Below, in pieces: positions 12,610 to 26,146 of a stretch of DNA of 64,000 bases. How positions within the stretch are numbered: the first letter of the stretch is position 1; every line of letters begins with the position of its first letter. The notes under the pieces are model-generated. The model did not search any database and had not been told where the DNA came from. It worked only from the letters and a program-made list of their open reading frames with translations. The stretch spans positions 36,084,001 to 36,148,000 of the forward strand of contig NC_043007.1 in assembly GCF_006345805.1 (NCBI RefSeq), in the 5' to 3' direction. Source of the DNA: Octopus sinensis (Eukaryota). A program made the position numbers and the translations under genes.

Positions 12610-13829
12610 GTGTGTGTGTGTGTCAGCTAGTCAAAATTGGGCTGCACGTTTTTATTTTCCCAATCGCAACCCACATTTTGGGAATATGCACCTCACTATA
12701 ATTTAAAACTGACAAAGCAAAGCTCTTCGTACGAGATACACCAATATCGTTATAATAAGGAAGAGCATGAAATGATTCACCCGTGTAATAAGAAAACCCA
12801 GCAATTACTACTCTTTAAGCGCTGGCGCTCAGCCAGTCTACACAACACATGGTAGATGGAGTATGAGGTAGACGTACTAGTGAGGAGATGGGGTTTTCCG
12901 TTTGCACCAGCCGGAGGACAAACCATCCGATCAGAGAGGCCTGGGCAACAAACTCAAAAGGAATGTGTGTGTGTTCGTATGTATGTATGTATGTATGCAT
13001 GCATGCATTGGTGGTGGTGGGGACTATATTTTTGGCAGTGATAAAATCTTGTCTCCTTTCAAGTTTTTATTTATTTATTTTTGTCAAGACCAGAATCTCT
13101 GCATGCTTTTATATCTAAAAATAATGTAAGGGCTGCTTGTATTTTCATCTACTTCAAGAAAGTAAAGTATATTAACTGTGATTCAAAGCCTGTACCCTGA
13201 ACATCAGCATGTATTCGTATATGAAAAAGGATCATAGCTATTACAGGAATGGGTTAAAAATATGCTAAATTTCGAGATGCGGTAAAATCTTGAAAGATGA
13301 TGCTAAAAATCATACACCACTAAACTAGTATATATGTGTAGAATTCCTAATAGATGAAAGGCAATGTTGAGTTCGGCAGGATTTGAACTCAAAACGTCTA
13401 AATAGAGCCGGAACGAATATTACAAAGAATATCATCCGGTGCCAAACCTGGCTGTTAGCCTCATTAATAAGGGGAGTAACTCGCAGCTTGTCTCCTTTCT
13501 ATCGCAACGCTATTATCTTAGCTATTTTGAGAAATTCTCAAAATAGTATATCCACCACCTCCTGTTTCGACCTTTTTTTTTTTTTTGTTAGCTACCTGTC
13601 CTTGTCACATATTTAACTCTTGGTGAATCTGTTTTTTTTTGTTACAATTTGAAGATACAAAACGAAAATAATAAACTAGTTTAGATTCGCACCCCATTCC
13701 ATGTTTTAAAAAATCAATCAATGCATGTAGAATCCCATAAAAATACCTTCCTTTGTTAGAAATTTTTGGGTTTTAGGGAATATTTTACTTTTAAATTGTA
13801 ATAAAAATAACGTAACAAAAATCCACCAG

Positions 13830-14600
13830 GTTCTATTCTGAGTGCATGGCACATCTTCAAACAGCTGCCCTCCTCCATACTCATCGTATTTTCTCATCAA
13901 GTTTTATCTCTTGCACCCACACCTTATTCCTCTAATGTTCAGTTTTTTCTCACAGATTGTGTTCTTTCATTCATGTACACTCGTATTACACGTCTAATGA
14001 AGCATGCTTGTTTCTCTAGTCTGTGCAGATTCTCTGTGTTTATGGCTGTTTCACTAGCATGCAGCAACATACTTTGTACTGAGGGAGAAACCCTTTGTTA
14101 CCAGCAGAAGTAACAGCTTCCTGAGCTATTGCCAACTGGTTCTTACAATGGTCACTAAGTTTTCCCATAACCTACTATCTCATTGCTAATTAGGTCTCCT
14201 TGATAACAGATACTGTCAACTTCTTGATAGCCTTCTGGGTATTGCATGGAATCTATTTTGCAAGAGCTCTTAGTACTTACTACTCCTGCAATACTTACTC
14301 CTGCACCTGCTGCATGTAATGTTTACCTTCTCTTTTAGCCTGTTACCAATCTCATTGCACCTCGTGTGCATTCATAGTTTACTCTGGGTACACTGTATAC
14401 AATTCCTACCTACCCCTTTCCTATATATCAAGCAAGAATATTTATTTCCCTGGTGGTAACAGGGTTCTGTCTTTTCTACTTATTAAGAGTTTGAGAGGGT
14501 TTCTTTGATTTCATATTTTGTTTCCATGCCTGAAATTTCTTTTCTAATTCCACTACTGATTCTGCTATAAGAGCTGGGTCATCAGCTTAAAAGAGCCCCT
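13830..14600 (-). mobile_element. Old RTE-type LINE reverse-transcriptase 3' fragment
   Basis: Minus-strand remnants ADDPALIAESVVELEKKFQAWKQ, a Cys-rich C.I.RKGVGRNCIQCTQ segment and ELLLLLVTKGFSL-like motifs; many stops and frameshifts. Confidence 0.7.
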
Positions 14601-15033
14601 ATTGGCAGTTGTTCTCAAACATCTCTACTATGATTTGGAGTGCTGTACTGAACAGAAGGGGGTGGGAACTGAGTCTTAATGTACTCATGCTCAATTTATC
14701 ACCAATTGATAAATTGCTCAGTTTATCACCATGCTCAATTTATCAATTGCTGAATTTACCATCAGCTTTTACCTTGCTAACTGCATCTCTCTACTTGGCT
14801 TGCACAGCTTTTGCAAGCTCTACTACCAATTTCCTCACTGCTCATCCAATCCAAAAGCAGGGAACACTATAATGTATATGTGCATCTTTCATGTTCTGTT
14901 TACCACATCCACTCATGAGGTCTTGGCCAGTTTGAGGTTTAGTCAAAGGCACTTGCTCAAGATTCCATGCTGAAGCATCTTGGAGAATTGCATTTATGTG
15001 TTTGTGTGTGTATTTAAAATATGTGTGTGTGTA

Positions 15034-15285
15034 TATACAAAAATTTGTATAATTATAAACATAATTATAATTAGGGTTTAGCAAAATTGCTTCACCACAT
15101 ACCAAAATTTAGCAATAGCAGTTAAAAACTATTCTACTACCATATCTCCCAGACAGCTGTCTGGGAGATATCTTATGGTCATAGAATAGTATTTAACTGC
15201 TATTTCTAAATTTCAGTATGTGGTGAAGCAATTTTGCTAAACCCTAATTATAATCATTTTTTATAATTATAAAAATCTTTGTATA
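15034..15285. repeat. Spacerless palindrome, ~125-bp arms centred on CAGCTG (15154-15159)
   Basis: Perfect core TATCTCCCAGACAG|CTGTCTGGGAGATA; long perfect arm block ATTATAATTAGGGTTTAGCAAAATTGCTTCACCACATAC and its reverse complement. Confidence 0.9.
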
Positions 15286-17089
15286 AGTTTACCGATAATG
15301 GTTCTTGTAACATACTGACCTACTTGGTAAGATTATTAATTATAAATTAATTGATTTTACCCTTTATTATTATTGATAATAAATAAATATGAGAAAGAGA
15401 ATATATATATATATTATATGCATGTTTGTGTGTGTATGTGTGCATATACCTGTGGATATGTGTATGCATACGTGCATATGATTATAAATTATATATATAT
15501 GCCTGCTAGTACTAATATTAAGATGTCATTTATTGTTTGCACTTACAAATTATTCTAGGAAAATTAGTTGTGAGCACACTCTTAGATATTTCCCTGTATT
15601 CACCCTGTTGCAAGTTTGAATACCAATAATAATGTCATTGTTATTTCAATAACAATAGTTGCACTGCTTCAGTTTGCTCCAAAAATGCATTCTGTAATCC
15701 ATTTTCTGTGGGATGCAATATGTATTGGGGGCTGAAATCCACCAAAGGCTTTTGGCACAGTACAGGGGAAAATAGCTTTACCACTAGGGCTATCTATTGA
15801 CTAGATTAAAAAAATAAAAAATTGTTCACACATGCAAGTGTCATGAATCATAAAGGAACACAATACCTTATAACATTCTTTGTTGATGGCAGCTTTGAAG
15901 GAGATCATTCAGTGATTCTTTTCAATGGACTAATTTCTATTAATGAAATGGTAAATTAATTAGCAAATTAGTCATGGTGTTACCCATTAAACCACCTACA
16001 ACAAATTTAGTTTTGGTTAACTTAATAATAACTTGATTGATGTTTCAAATTCAAAACCTGCACTGTAGTGATGAGAAAGAGACCGTAGCTAGTGATGCTT
16101 ATGCTAGTAATAGGAAAATTGTATGTGCGTTTTGAATAATTAATGATTCATTGTTTGTGTGGAGCAAGCAGAAAGATCAGTGACAACTTAATCGACATTT
16201 CAGGTTTGAACCTGTAATATAGTGATTAGAGGAAAATTGTGTCTAGTATTGCATATACAAATAATTTTCTTGTCAATTAGAAATAAGATTATAAGTACAT
16301 TGCAGGTAATTATAATTCACTTTCATATGTAAATAATAATAATCATAAACTGCCTGATGCAATACCAGGCAGCGACTCTCATGACTTCTGATCTTTATAG
16401 ATTGGATGTGTTAACAGGTATATTTTGTCTTGATGTATAAGAACCACCGCAACTATTCTGCTCAATAGCACAGATTTGCTTATCAGTTGTGTGACCGTAA
16501 CCAGTTGAGCATGTCCCTTAGTGGTTAATGAAACATGCATCTCTGATTACAAGCAGGAGTAGTGGGGGAGCTTCATAGCTATGAGTTGATGGGATTATTT
16601 TAGGTTTGAATAATTCACCTCAGGAAACATAGGTGTTTCGTTCCTCATCCTTAAACATTTATTCAGGGACCTTTTGAGCAGGATGGGCTACTTGACTTGA
16701 AGAAAATTCTAACTGGGCTCCACCTGCAAAGCCATGCACTGTTTATTTTGATATGAGGTCACCATGTTGTGCACATACAGTTGTGATGCATATGCCTGGT
16801 GTACCCTAATCAGGCGGAGTCATATGAGTCATCTGAAATTCGATGAAACAAATTTTGCACCACCTGCTGCCTTTCATGTTGCTAACCTGTATGTTTGTAA
16901 GTAAGTTAATGTTTTCATGGAAGACTGGAAATAAACCCTATGATGGTGACATGCCCAACTATCACATTATGTCAAGGAATGAGACAGTAACACACACATA
17001 CACACATTATATATATATATATATAAAACTCCTGGAAATTTAACATGATGTTCCTCTGTAACATACAGATTTTCAGGTCCTTGGTTGGT

Positions 17090-18180
17090 GTATTTGTGGT
17101 AATTGAGCTATTTAATTTAAATGTTGCCTTGTTGCTCCAAACAATCTTCTAAACTTCTTGCCAAGTACCATGTGAAAAAATACTCCTCTTTAATCTGGAT
17201 CACCTTCACTGAGAGCATGGACTATTCTTGGAATGTAACTTTTTCCAATGACAGTGCTTGAAAATGCAATAAGCACTTGATTTAGAAACTCCTATCTCGT
17301 GACTCACTTGCTCCATAAATTTTCTTGAAATCTTGCAATATGTTTCTAATACTGTAAATCTTTGAGTATAATCCGCATTTTTCCCCCAAAATTTAATGGT
17401 CAAAATCCCTAGTGCATACTATATACGAGGTTAAAAATGAAAAATATTTTCTAAGCAATGTCCAGGTTTCCATTTGCTGTCCGGCAATGTTTATTCAGGC
17501 ACATTTTGTGATGTTGGGCGCAAAAATACCTTAAGCTAAGCCTGAAAGCAATGAAGTCCTAAAAGAATCATCCATAACTTGCAGTAAGCAACATTTATTA
17601 AACGTTATTACTGTTATTTCTTTATTTTCTGCAAGCAAAATACACAAAAAAGCTACACGTTTGCATTATGTTATATGTACAATAATAATAAAGGACGTTA
17701 CCGTATACATTTTTACGAACCAAGGACGTTATATAGACCTCCTTGACTCAAGTTAGAGAAGGGGTGCGTATTATACACAAAGTTTAGGTTTTTCAGAGGT
17801 ACAGCCTCCTAAAAATCCCCTGCGTATTATACTCAAGGGTGGACTATACTTGAGGATTTACAGTACCTCTTCTAGCTTTGTGGAGCTCATCAATGCCGGT
17901 AGTTTTCCAGAACATTTCTTCCTTCAAACTTATCTCTTATTTAATTGATGGCAAGTCATGTAGATAGATCTATTTGAAATTCCCTCTTAAACTGGTTTTG
18001 CACTTGTCTTTGAACTTTGACTGCATTTTTAATCTTCTAGTAGAACTTTTTGGGCTGAACTTTTCTTTGTTCAAAACTTAGTTTGGCTTCATTCATTATT
18101 TCTAATTGGTTAAATTTAAAAGAAACGAAAATTGAATTATCAGCTGTTAAAATGTGTATACATTTTTTGGGATACCATGT
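17090..18180 (-). pseudogene. Decayed Tc1/mariner-type transposase (DUF4817-like HTH) interrupted by a MITE
   Basis: Minus strand: EAKLSFEQRK...NAVKVQRQ..F.REFQ, then after the MITE VLETY...SHEIGVSKSSAY.I...HWK.YIPRIVHALSE.DPD and IVWS..ATFKLN; terminal-like TTTTTTGGGATACCATGT at ~18163-18180. Confidence 0.7.
17352..17863. mobile_element. pogo/Tigger-like MITE with TA TSD
   Basis: TA|CTGTAAATCTTTGAGTATAATCC ... GGACTATACTTGAGGATTTACAG|TA (19/23 inverted match); a second copy of the right end lies at ~20604-20652. Confidence 0.8.
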
Positions 18181-18581
18181 GTGTTAGTCTCACCGTTTTT
18201 TGATAGTTGTGAACCAGAATCATTGTCATAGAAGCAGTGTGCTTTGCTTCCGCTCTTTTTTTAAAAAAACAATCAGGCCATAAGGAAATATTTCCTTATT
18301 TGGAAACCAGTGAGAATTGGTAATAGGAAGAACATCTGGCTTCAACAAATTCAGTCTCACCTATATGAACATAGAAAAGTGGATGTTAAGATGATGATGA
18401 TCTCTCTCTCTCTCATTCTGTTATTTATATACATCTATCTATCTATCTGTCTGTCTCTCTCTGAAGTAATATCCCAAAATCGTTTTGACCTTCATTCAAC
18501 AACTGAAGAGGGCAGAGCTTTATCCATGCTTGTGCTTTTCCATGTCTTTTACTTTTGTTATCCTGGTTTATTTTTTTTTCT

Positions 18582-18617
<36 letters not shown>

Positions 18618-20261
18618 CCCAAATAGACAAAAGACCCTTAATGTCTCAACTCCACTGACACGTTTATCTCCCATGGCCTCTCATATGACCTACTTTTCCT
18701 GCTTTATTTTTAGAGTAATAATACATACAGGATTTAATTTTGGATATTATGAAAGAAAAAAAAAAGAAAACTCATTAGCATTTAACGAAAAAAGATTAAT
18801 TAATTATTAAGAGATTAATATGTATAGTATGGACATAAGTGTTTATTCAGTAGAAATTCATGTGCAATACTCAGAAATTACACAAATTTTAGGTTTTTTT
18901 TTAACCCTAGGTCAGATCTGCTCCTGTACATTTATGTTCAAAAGTTGTTCCAGTTGATAACCAAGCTGTTGTTTGCTTCTAAACATCATGATTCTGAGAC
19001 TATATTCTCTTTTATCTTCTAATTGTTTCAGTCATTAGACCGCGGCCATGCTGGGGCACTGCCTTAAAGAATCTTTGGTCGAACGTATCAAACCTAGCGC
19101 TTGTTATTTTTGTTTTCTTTTAAAGCCTGGTACTTATTCTATCAGTTTTTTTGTTGAACTGCTAAGTTATGGATATGCAAGCACCCTCCACACATATATA
19201 TGTATGATGGGCTTCTTTCAGTTTCCATCTACCAAATCCACTCAAAGCTTTGGTTGGCCTGAGGTTATACTAGAAGATACTTGCCCAAGGTGTCTCGCTG
19301 TTGGACTGAACCCGGAACCATGTGGTTGGGAAGCAAGCTTCTTTTGCAGATTTGGTTGCTGGCCATAGAGGTCAAGCAACCATGCAGAGGCTCTCTGGAG
19401 CATTAGTTTTATTTTTTCATCTTTTAGCTAGGAGGAGATGCAGTGCCCATGACCCTTTTACAGAGCCTCTGAGATCAGTGAGAAGGAGGGAAACATTCTC
19501 TCGAGCAGAAGTTCAGACTCTAATGCCTTTTACAGAGTGGATTCTACAAAAGGCACTCAGTGCCAGAGGTGGTGTTAAATCAAATGATGGATTAAATCTA
19601 ACCACCCTAGTAGGCCATGGCAAGATTTGAACTTAGAACACAATGTGCCATATCACATATTCTTTTCTACTCTAGGCACAAGGCATGAAATTCTTGGGGA
19701 GGAGGTCAGTTGATTAGATCAACCCCAGTACACAACTGGTACTTAAATTTATCAACCCCGAAAAGGTGAAAGGTTAAGTCGACCTCCATGGAATTTGAAC
19801 TCAGAAAGTAACGGCAGACGAAATAACGCTAAGCATTTCACCCGGCATGCTAACATTTCTGCCAGCTTTCGCCCTACCATGTAACACATTGCAAAATGTA
19901 TAAACAAATAGCCTTACATTTTTATGAATACACTGTCCTGAATTGGTATTTTTCTCTTTTTAATCAACCCCACACTTGAGAGGATGAATGGTAAAGTTAA
20001 CCTTGGGGGGATTTGAATAGAGAGCAAGGAGAATTGGAAGAAGTACTATCATTTATCTCTTACTTGTTTCAGTCATTAGACTGCAGCCATGCTGGGGCAC
20101 TGCCTTGAATTTTTGATACTTATTTTTTAAGCCTGGTACTTATTCTATTGATCCCTTTTGCCAAATAGCTAAGTTACAGGGACATAAACACACCTACGCT
20201 GGTTGTCAAGGGGTGATGGGGGTGACAAACACACACAAAACTGCATAAATATATGTATATA

Positions 20262-20313
<52 letters not shown>

Positions 20314-23222
20314 TACAACAGGCTTCTTTCAGTTTCCATCTATCACTCACAAGGTTTTGGTCGGCCTGAGGCTATAATAGAAAAAACTTGCCCAAGGTGC
20401 CAAGCGACTGAACCCAGAACCACATTTTCATCTTAAATCTTGTTTGTTTACATCTGACATCTTGGATATGGAACACCATAAAAAAATCAGTGCCTGCTAT
20501 AATCTCTGTGGAATATCTAAGAGTACCATACGAGCATGATCGTTGCCAGAGCAACAAGCTGGCTTCCGTGCCTGTGGCACGTAAAAAAACACCATTTGAG
20601 CGTGATTGTTACCTGCGTCACCTTACTGGCATGTGAAAAACATCCCCTGCGTATTATACTCAAAGGCGGACTATACTCGAGGATTTATGGTATATGCCAT
20701 ATTTCAGGCGTTTTTACTCCTTTATCAGCACCCATCTAACTCATTTATCATCTACGAACCCATTCTTATAGAGCCACTACATATAGCAATGTAACATTAT
20801 TGGATATAGCAGTTTTACATCTGAAACACATTCCTGGTAGCTTGTACGTAAACAGTAATGACTTTTAAGTACACGGTATTTCATTATGTAAAGTCATTAA
20901 TACTATTGTTCATATGAATGCTCAATATAGATGGGGGATTGAAGTGACTGTATTAATTTTTCTGATCTACACTATGAATGAGCTTCTCCTGTTTCAGCTG
21001 CTGGAGGTTATTCCTGCTTACCTGTTGAAATGGAAGGAGCTTGTCTGTAGGACTGATTGGAAGGAAGACAAATAAAGGAATAAAGGCATTTTCCCAATGA
21101 TTTGAGTGAGATTTAGTTGCTGTTTCTAGGAGGTTCTCTTTTGGATGGTGGAGATAAATTGCTGGACTCAATTTTTTTCTCTATATAGTTTCTTTCCTCT
21201 AGGTTCTTAGTTCTAATCTAATGGAGTGAAGGGAGGAATGCTTTTTGCATTTTGTTCTTGTGGTGTTGATTTAATTGATTCTGGCTCACATTCAGCCTAA
21301 CGTGTGGCAGCTGGCAGCAGTCTGCAACAGTCAGGAATATTTATCAGGCTTTCTCTTCCGCAATTGTATGTTGGATGATTCTTTGGAAACATCTACAGGA
21401 TCAATGGATATTACGAAATGTTTTTTTTAATTTTTTATCTTCTTCTTTATATTTACTGATGTCTGGTAGTAATTTCTTATCTTCTGAATAATGTTCTGAA
21501 AGAGAACTCTCTGTCTAACAATGTACATGCGTGATAAACTTAATTTGTCATTTTGTTTAACATCATCACATGGTCTCTGGGCACCGTTCTGTTTCAGAGA
21601 AGAGAGGACCAGAGACTTGATCCTCCCTTCTTCCCATCAGTGTTGAAATAGCAGCCAAATTCTCAAACCAAACCCCCACCATTATAAACAAAGAAGAAGA
21701 GAATAATAGATAATATAGTCTTAATGTTCTTTAAATGATGGAATGGTCTTAAATGAAGATACTGTTGATCATGGATTTATTCAATCTGAATTGACTTGGG
21801 GCTAAACAATTACAATAACCAATGGAAACAGAGCTACTCATTAAAAGCCCCTAAATATGAATGTAGAAGTATACCAAGAGAGAACTTGATGGAACACATC
21901 ACTACCTGTGCAGGTGTGAATGGGTGCAAAATTTCCTCTGGCCTATAGTGCTTGTTTATTAAAGTAAGGGTACCAAAGAAAATCTTTATCCCCCACTCTT
22001 TACTCGAATACTGAAAACCATTACTACGCATACCACTGAACTAGCAATAAATTAAAGATTCTGCCCACATTACCATATAACTTTTGGAATGGAAAGACTG
22101 GTAAATATTCGACTAACGAGGATGGAATCGGCAGAAAATTTGTCGTAGAACTTGGAGGTCACAAAAAAACTGGTAGAAATTTCGTAACCCTTTTGTTACC
22201 ATATTTCTATTGAAATAAACTTTGTTTCAATTAATTTTGAAAACAATGAATTTAATAAAATAACTTTATCATTGTTATCCTGGTTTTTTGTGCATAAGTT
22301 AAGTTAAAATTTTGATGGAAGGTTTAAATTTAGATCCCTTTAACCCTTTACCATTCAGATTACTTTGTCAAATACTCTTTTACTTGTTTCAGTCATTTGA
22401 CTGTGACCATGCTGGAGCACCGCCTTTAGTTGAGCAAATCGACCCTAGGACTTATTCTTTGAAAGCCTAGTACTTATTCTATCGGTCTCTTTTGCCAAAC
22501 TGCTAAATTACGGGGACGTAAACACACCAGCATCAGTTGTGAAGCGATGTTGGGGAGACAAACATAAACACACACACACATATACGACGGGCTTCTTTCA
22601 GTTTCCATCTACCAAATCCACTTTGGTCGGCCCAAGGCTATAGTAGAAGACACTTGCCCAAGGTGCCACGCAGTGGGAATGATCCCGGAACCATGTGGTT
22701 GGTAAGCAAGCCAAGTCTATTTCAATAGAAATATGGTAACAAAAGGGTTACGAAATTTCTACCAGTTTTTTTGTGACCTCCAAGTTCTTCGACAAATTTT
22801 TTATCAATGCCATCCTCGTTAGTTGAATATTTGACAGTCTTTTCCTTCCAAAATGTAATGTTTATTTATTCACATTATTTTGAATTAATCACATGTTATC
22901 TTGTAGCTTTGAGATTTCAGTGATGTGGTTATTTGTGTTTAGAATGGCATTGTAGGATAGGTATGAGAGGCTGGATCAGACTGGTTTGAACATAGAATAG
23001 GTAGGATATTTGGGCCAGATATGGCCAGTTGAAATACTAAAGGTAGTTTTTTTTATATGAAAGTCCATAGTTAGTCTGAAGTAGGTTGGCATCAACTGGG
23101 TAAATGATGTGTTTTCTTTTTTTTTTCTTCTTATTTTCATGGAATTGTTAGCGACTATAATGTTACAGATTTATGATGGCTAGAAGTGGTTAGAAAGACT
23201 TTTGTCAGAACGAGCATCCAGC

Positions 23223-24287
23223 TTAGAAACACGTAGCACATAATCAACAACAATGATGAAAAGAAATGAGGCGAGTGTGTCTCCCTGCAGTATTCCGGCT
23301 TTGATTGAGAAAGATGATGTTTCTCCGTCAGGGGTTAAGATAGTTGAAGACGTATCTGTGTAGAGGACCTTGATGGCAGAAATGATTTTGTCTGGTATCC
23401 CATAGAGCTTAAGGATTTCAAACATCTTGTACCTAACATCTCTCTCTCTGGCAAGGGCTTTGAAATAAAACCAAGAAGAAGTTCCAGACACCCAGCTGAG
23501 TACTTGACAGACACTGACTTTGCTGACGACATCGCTCTTATCAGTGATTCTCTCTCCAATGCCCAGTCCCTTTTACAATCTCTTGAACAAGCCTCAAATT
23601 GTGTAGGTCTTTACCTCAATGAGGCCAAAACTGAATACATAAACAAGTGCCTGTCCAACAGTAATTGCATCATCCATACTCTCAACAATGCGCCCTTAAA
23701 TATGGTTTCTGATTACCAATATCTTGGATCATACATATCATCATCTGGAAAAGACTTTCTAACTAGAAAGGGTATGGCCTGGTCAGCCTGTAATGACATG
23801 CATAAGATCTGGTCATCAAATCTAAGTAGAGACTTCAAACTTGAAATCTTCAAAGCCACAGTCGAACCAATTCTACTATATGGCTCAGAAACCTGGACGT
23901 TATCAAAGAAGCTTGAGAGGCGGTTGGATGGAACCTACACTCGCCTCCTTATGAGAGCTCAAAATCTCTCGTGGAAGTGCCATCCAACCAAAATGCAAAT
24001 ATATGGGAAACTACCACCTGTGTCATCTCTTGTGAAAGTTAGGAGAGTCCAGTTTGCTGGACATTGTTGTAGAGCTGAAAAAGAAGTAATTTCTACTCTT
24101 CTCCTCTGGAAGCCATCTACTCGCAATACCAGAGGGCGCACACTCTCCTACCCTGATGTAATCTCCAGGGATACAGGCATCCAGCAATAGGACCTCCGTA
24201 ATGCCATGATGGACCGTGAAGTCTGGCGTAGCATGGTAAATTCCATTGTCTCGACCACGGTCGAACAATGATGATGATTAGAAACAC
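23223..24287 (+). mobile_element. 5'-truncated, 5'-inverted RTE-type LINE with 10-bp TSD
   Basis: Plus segment 23453-24271 encodes KGFEIKPRRSSRHPAEYLTDTDFADDIAL...PILLYGSETW...VSTTVEQ* with one premature TAG (24188), followed directly by a (TGA)n tail. Minus segment ~23435->23225 encodes the immediately upstream RT region RYKMFEILKLYGIP...GILQGDTLAS..FIIVVDYVLRVS. TTAGAAACAC at 23223-23232 and 24278-24287. Confidence 0.92.
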
Positions 24288-25548
24288 AGTCTTATTGTTA
24301 TTCAATTCATGCCAGCAGGGAGTTGAATGGACATGAAAATAGTTATGCTGGAAAACAGGGCAAACCTGCCAAGCTTGTGTACAAAAATAGGTGTTGAAAG
24401 AAATGACAACAAAGATAAAAATGATAATGGTTTGTGTTTTTCAATGGAATCTGTTGAAGTGGTAACTTCACAATGTTTTATTATAGCAAGACTAGACATT
24501 GCCCTACATCTGCTGGACTTTAGTTCACAATGAATTTCTTTAGAATTGTTAGAGCATCAAACAAAATCTCTTTTTGTATTTAGAGACCTTCAGAGTTCAA
24601 ATCTTGCCATTGTCTTCCCTCCCTTTCATCCTTCTGGGGTTGATAAAATAAAGACCCAGTCAAATACTGGCATTAATATAATCAACTATACCGCTCCCTC
24701 AAAAATTTGAAGTATTGTGACTGTGTTAGAAATCAGTAGTTTATATGGTACCATCGCCAAACTATTGGATAAAATTTCATCTGGTAGTTAGTTACAGCCC
24801 TTTACATTCTGAGTTCAAATCCTGCTGGGATCATCCTCCAGATAGGCGAGCAGATTGTTAAAGTACCAATCAAGTACTGGGGATTAATTTAATATTCATA
24901 TAAAGTATTCTCAATATGAATGATATAGAAGTCTAAGACAGATTTTTTTTAACCTTTGAGGTCTAACTAATAATCTGATGGGGCAGGATGGATTAACTAT
25001 TGGTATTATCATGAAGATGGCTTAGATCAGTACTTCCCAAGCTGACAAAAAATATTTCTACCTCTCCATCTTAGCTCCAAATGTGAGTGAAATTTGTTAC
25101 TTTCCCATCTATTTAATGGGGAAGATTAAATAGTTTGTATCCACATAATTCTTTTTTTCTAAAGGCCTTGATTTCTCAGAATTAGGACTACAAAAAATAA
25201 TCGTCATCTTAACTCTTTTATTGCAGAAATCAAATCTATCCACTCAAAATTCCATTACTCTTAACTGCAGAAAGCAGACTTATATACTAATGTATGTATT
25301 TTTTGTTGAGGAATGTTGTTTGAAACATCAAGATATATCAAATTTACTGAAGCAACATAATTTGCAGAATTTATTTATTTTATTTTCTGTTTGGCAGACA
25401 TTTAACATCATTTACTGGAATAACCATAAAATTTAGTTTTGTAGTTGAAGGATTAATTTCATTAAACAGAACAGTTTGTTGACTCTCTGTGATCTTCACA
25501 GAATTTTTACTTGGAAGCTCTCCCTCTATGAGAAACCTTGGCTTAGAT

Positions 25549-26146
25549 CAGTGGTTCTTAACCTTTTTATTTATGTAGTTTGTTTTTTAAAGTAGTTGTT
25601 TTGCCTAACACCCACCTAACAGATGAGTGAGATATCATGACTAAACTAACTTAGCATGGATAATTTGTAAATTTTACTCCAAAACTAGATTAAGTTTTTA
25701 ACAGTGAAATTATAAAAAATTAATAAAGACAAAAGCTATTGCAAGTTAATGATATCCTTGTGCCTGATGAGATCTTGTGCTATTTTAACAACCATTACTA
25801 GTTTTGTCGTATAATACAACTACTGCTATTGGTAAAATTGAGTATGTTGACCATTTAGCTTTCAGATTACTTTGTGAAATGTAAAACTTATTTCATCATA
25901 TTGTTTTAAATTAATTATGCATTATCTCATAGCTTGGATATTTCAATGATGTGATTGTTAATTTTTAGAATAACATTGTAAGATAGGTGTGAGAGCCGAG
26001 ATCTGGCCAGTTTGAACATAAAACTGGTAGAATATTTTGGTCAGATGTGGTCAGTTTAAATGTTAAAAGGTTATGTTACCTTACTGCCCCCTTTGACATG
26101 TCCAGCACCCCCTTGGGGGTGGTACCATCCATGTTGAGAACATCTG
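25549..26146. mobile_element. hAT (Charlie-like) MITE with nested piggyBac-like MITE fragment
   Basis: CAGTGGTTCTTAAC...GTTGAGAACATCTG ends; exact 8-bp TSD GCTTAGAT (25541-25548, 26147-26154). Confidence 0.8.

Noticed and set aside
20950-21520. Charged, coding-looking minus-strand stretch (…SEDKKLLPDISKYKEEDKK…; ORF 20953..21171) with a CAG|GTAAGC donor-like site
   Set aside because: Multiple stops and frame changes and no recognisable family motif; it could be a decayed pseudogene or LINE ORF1 but cannot be supported without a TBLASTX search.
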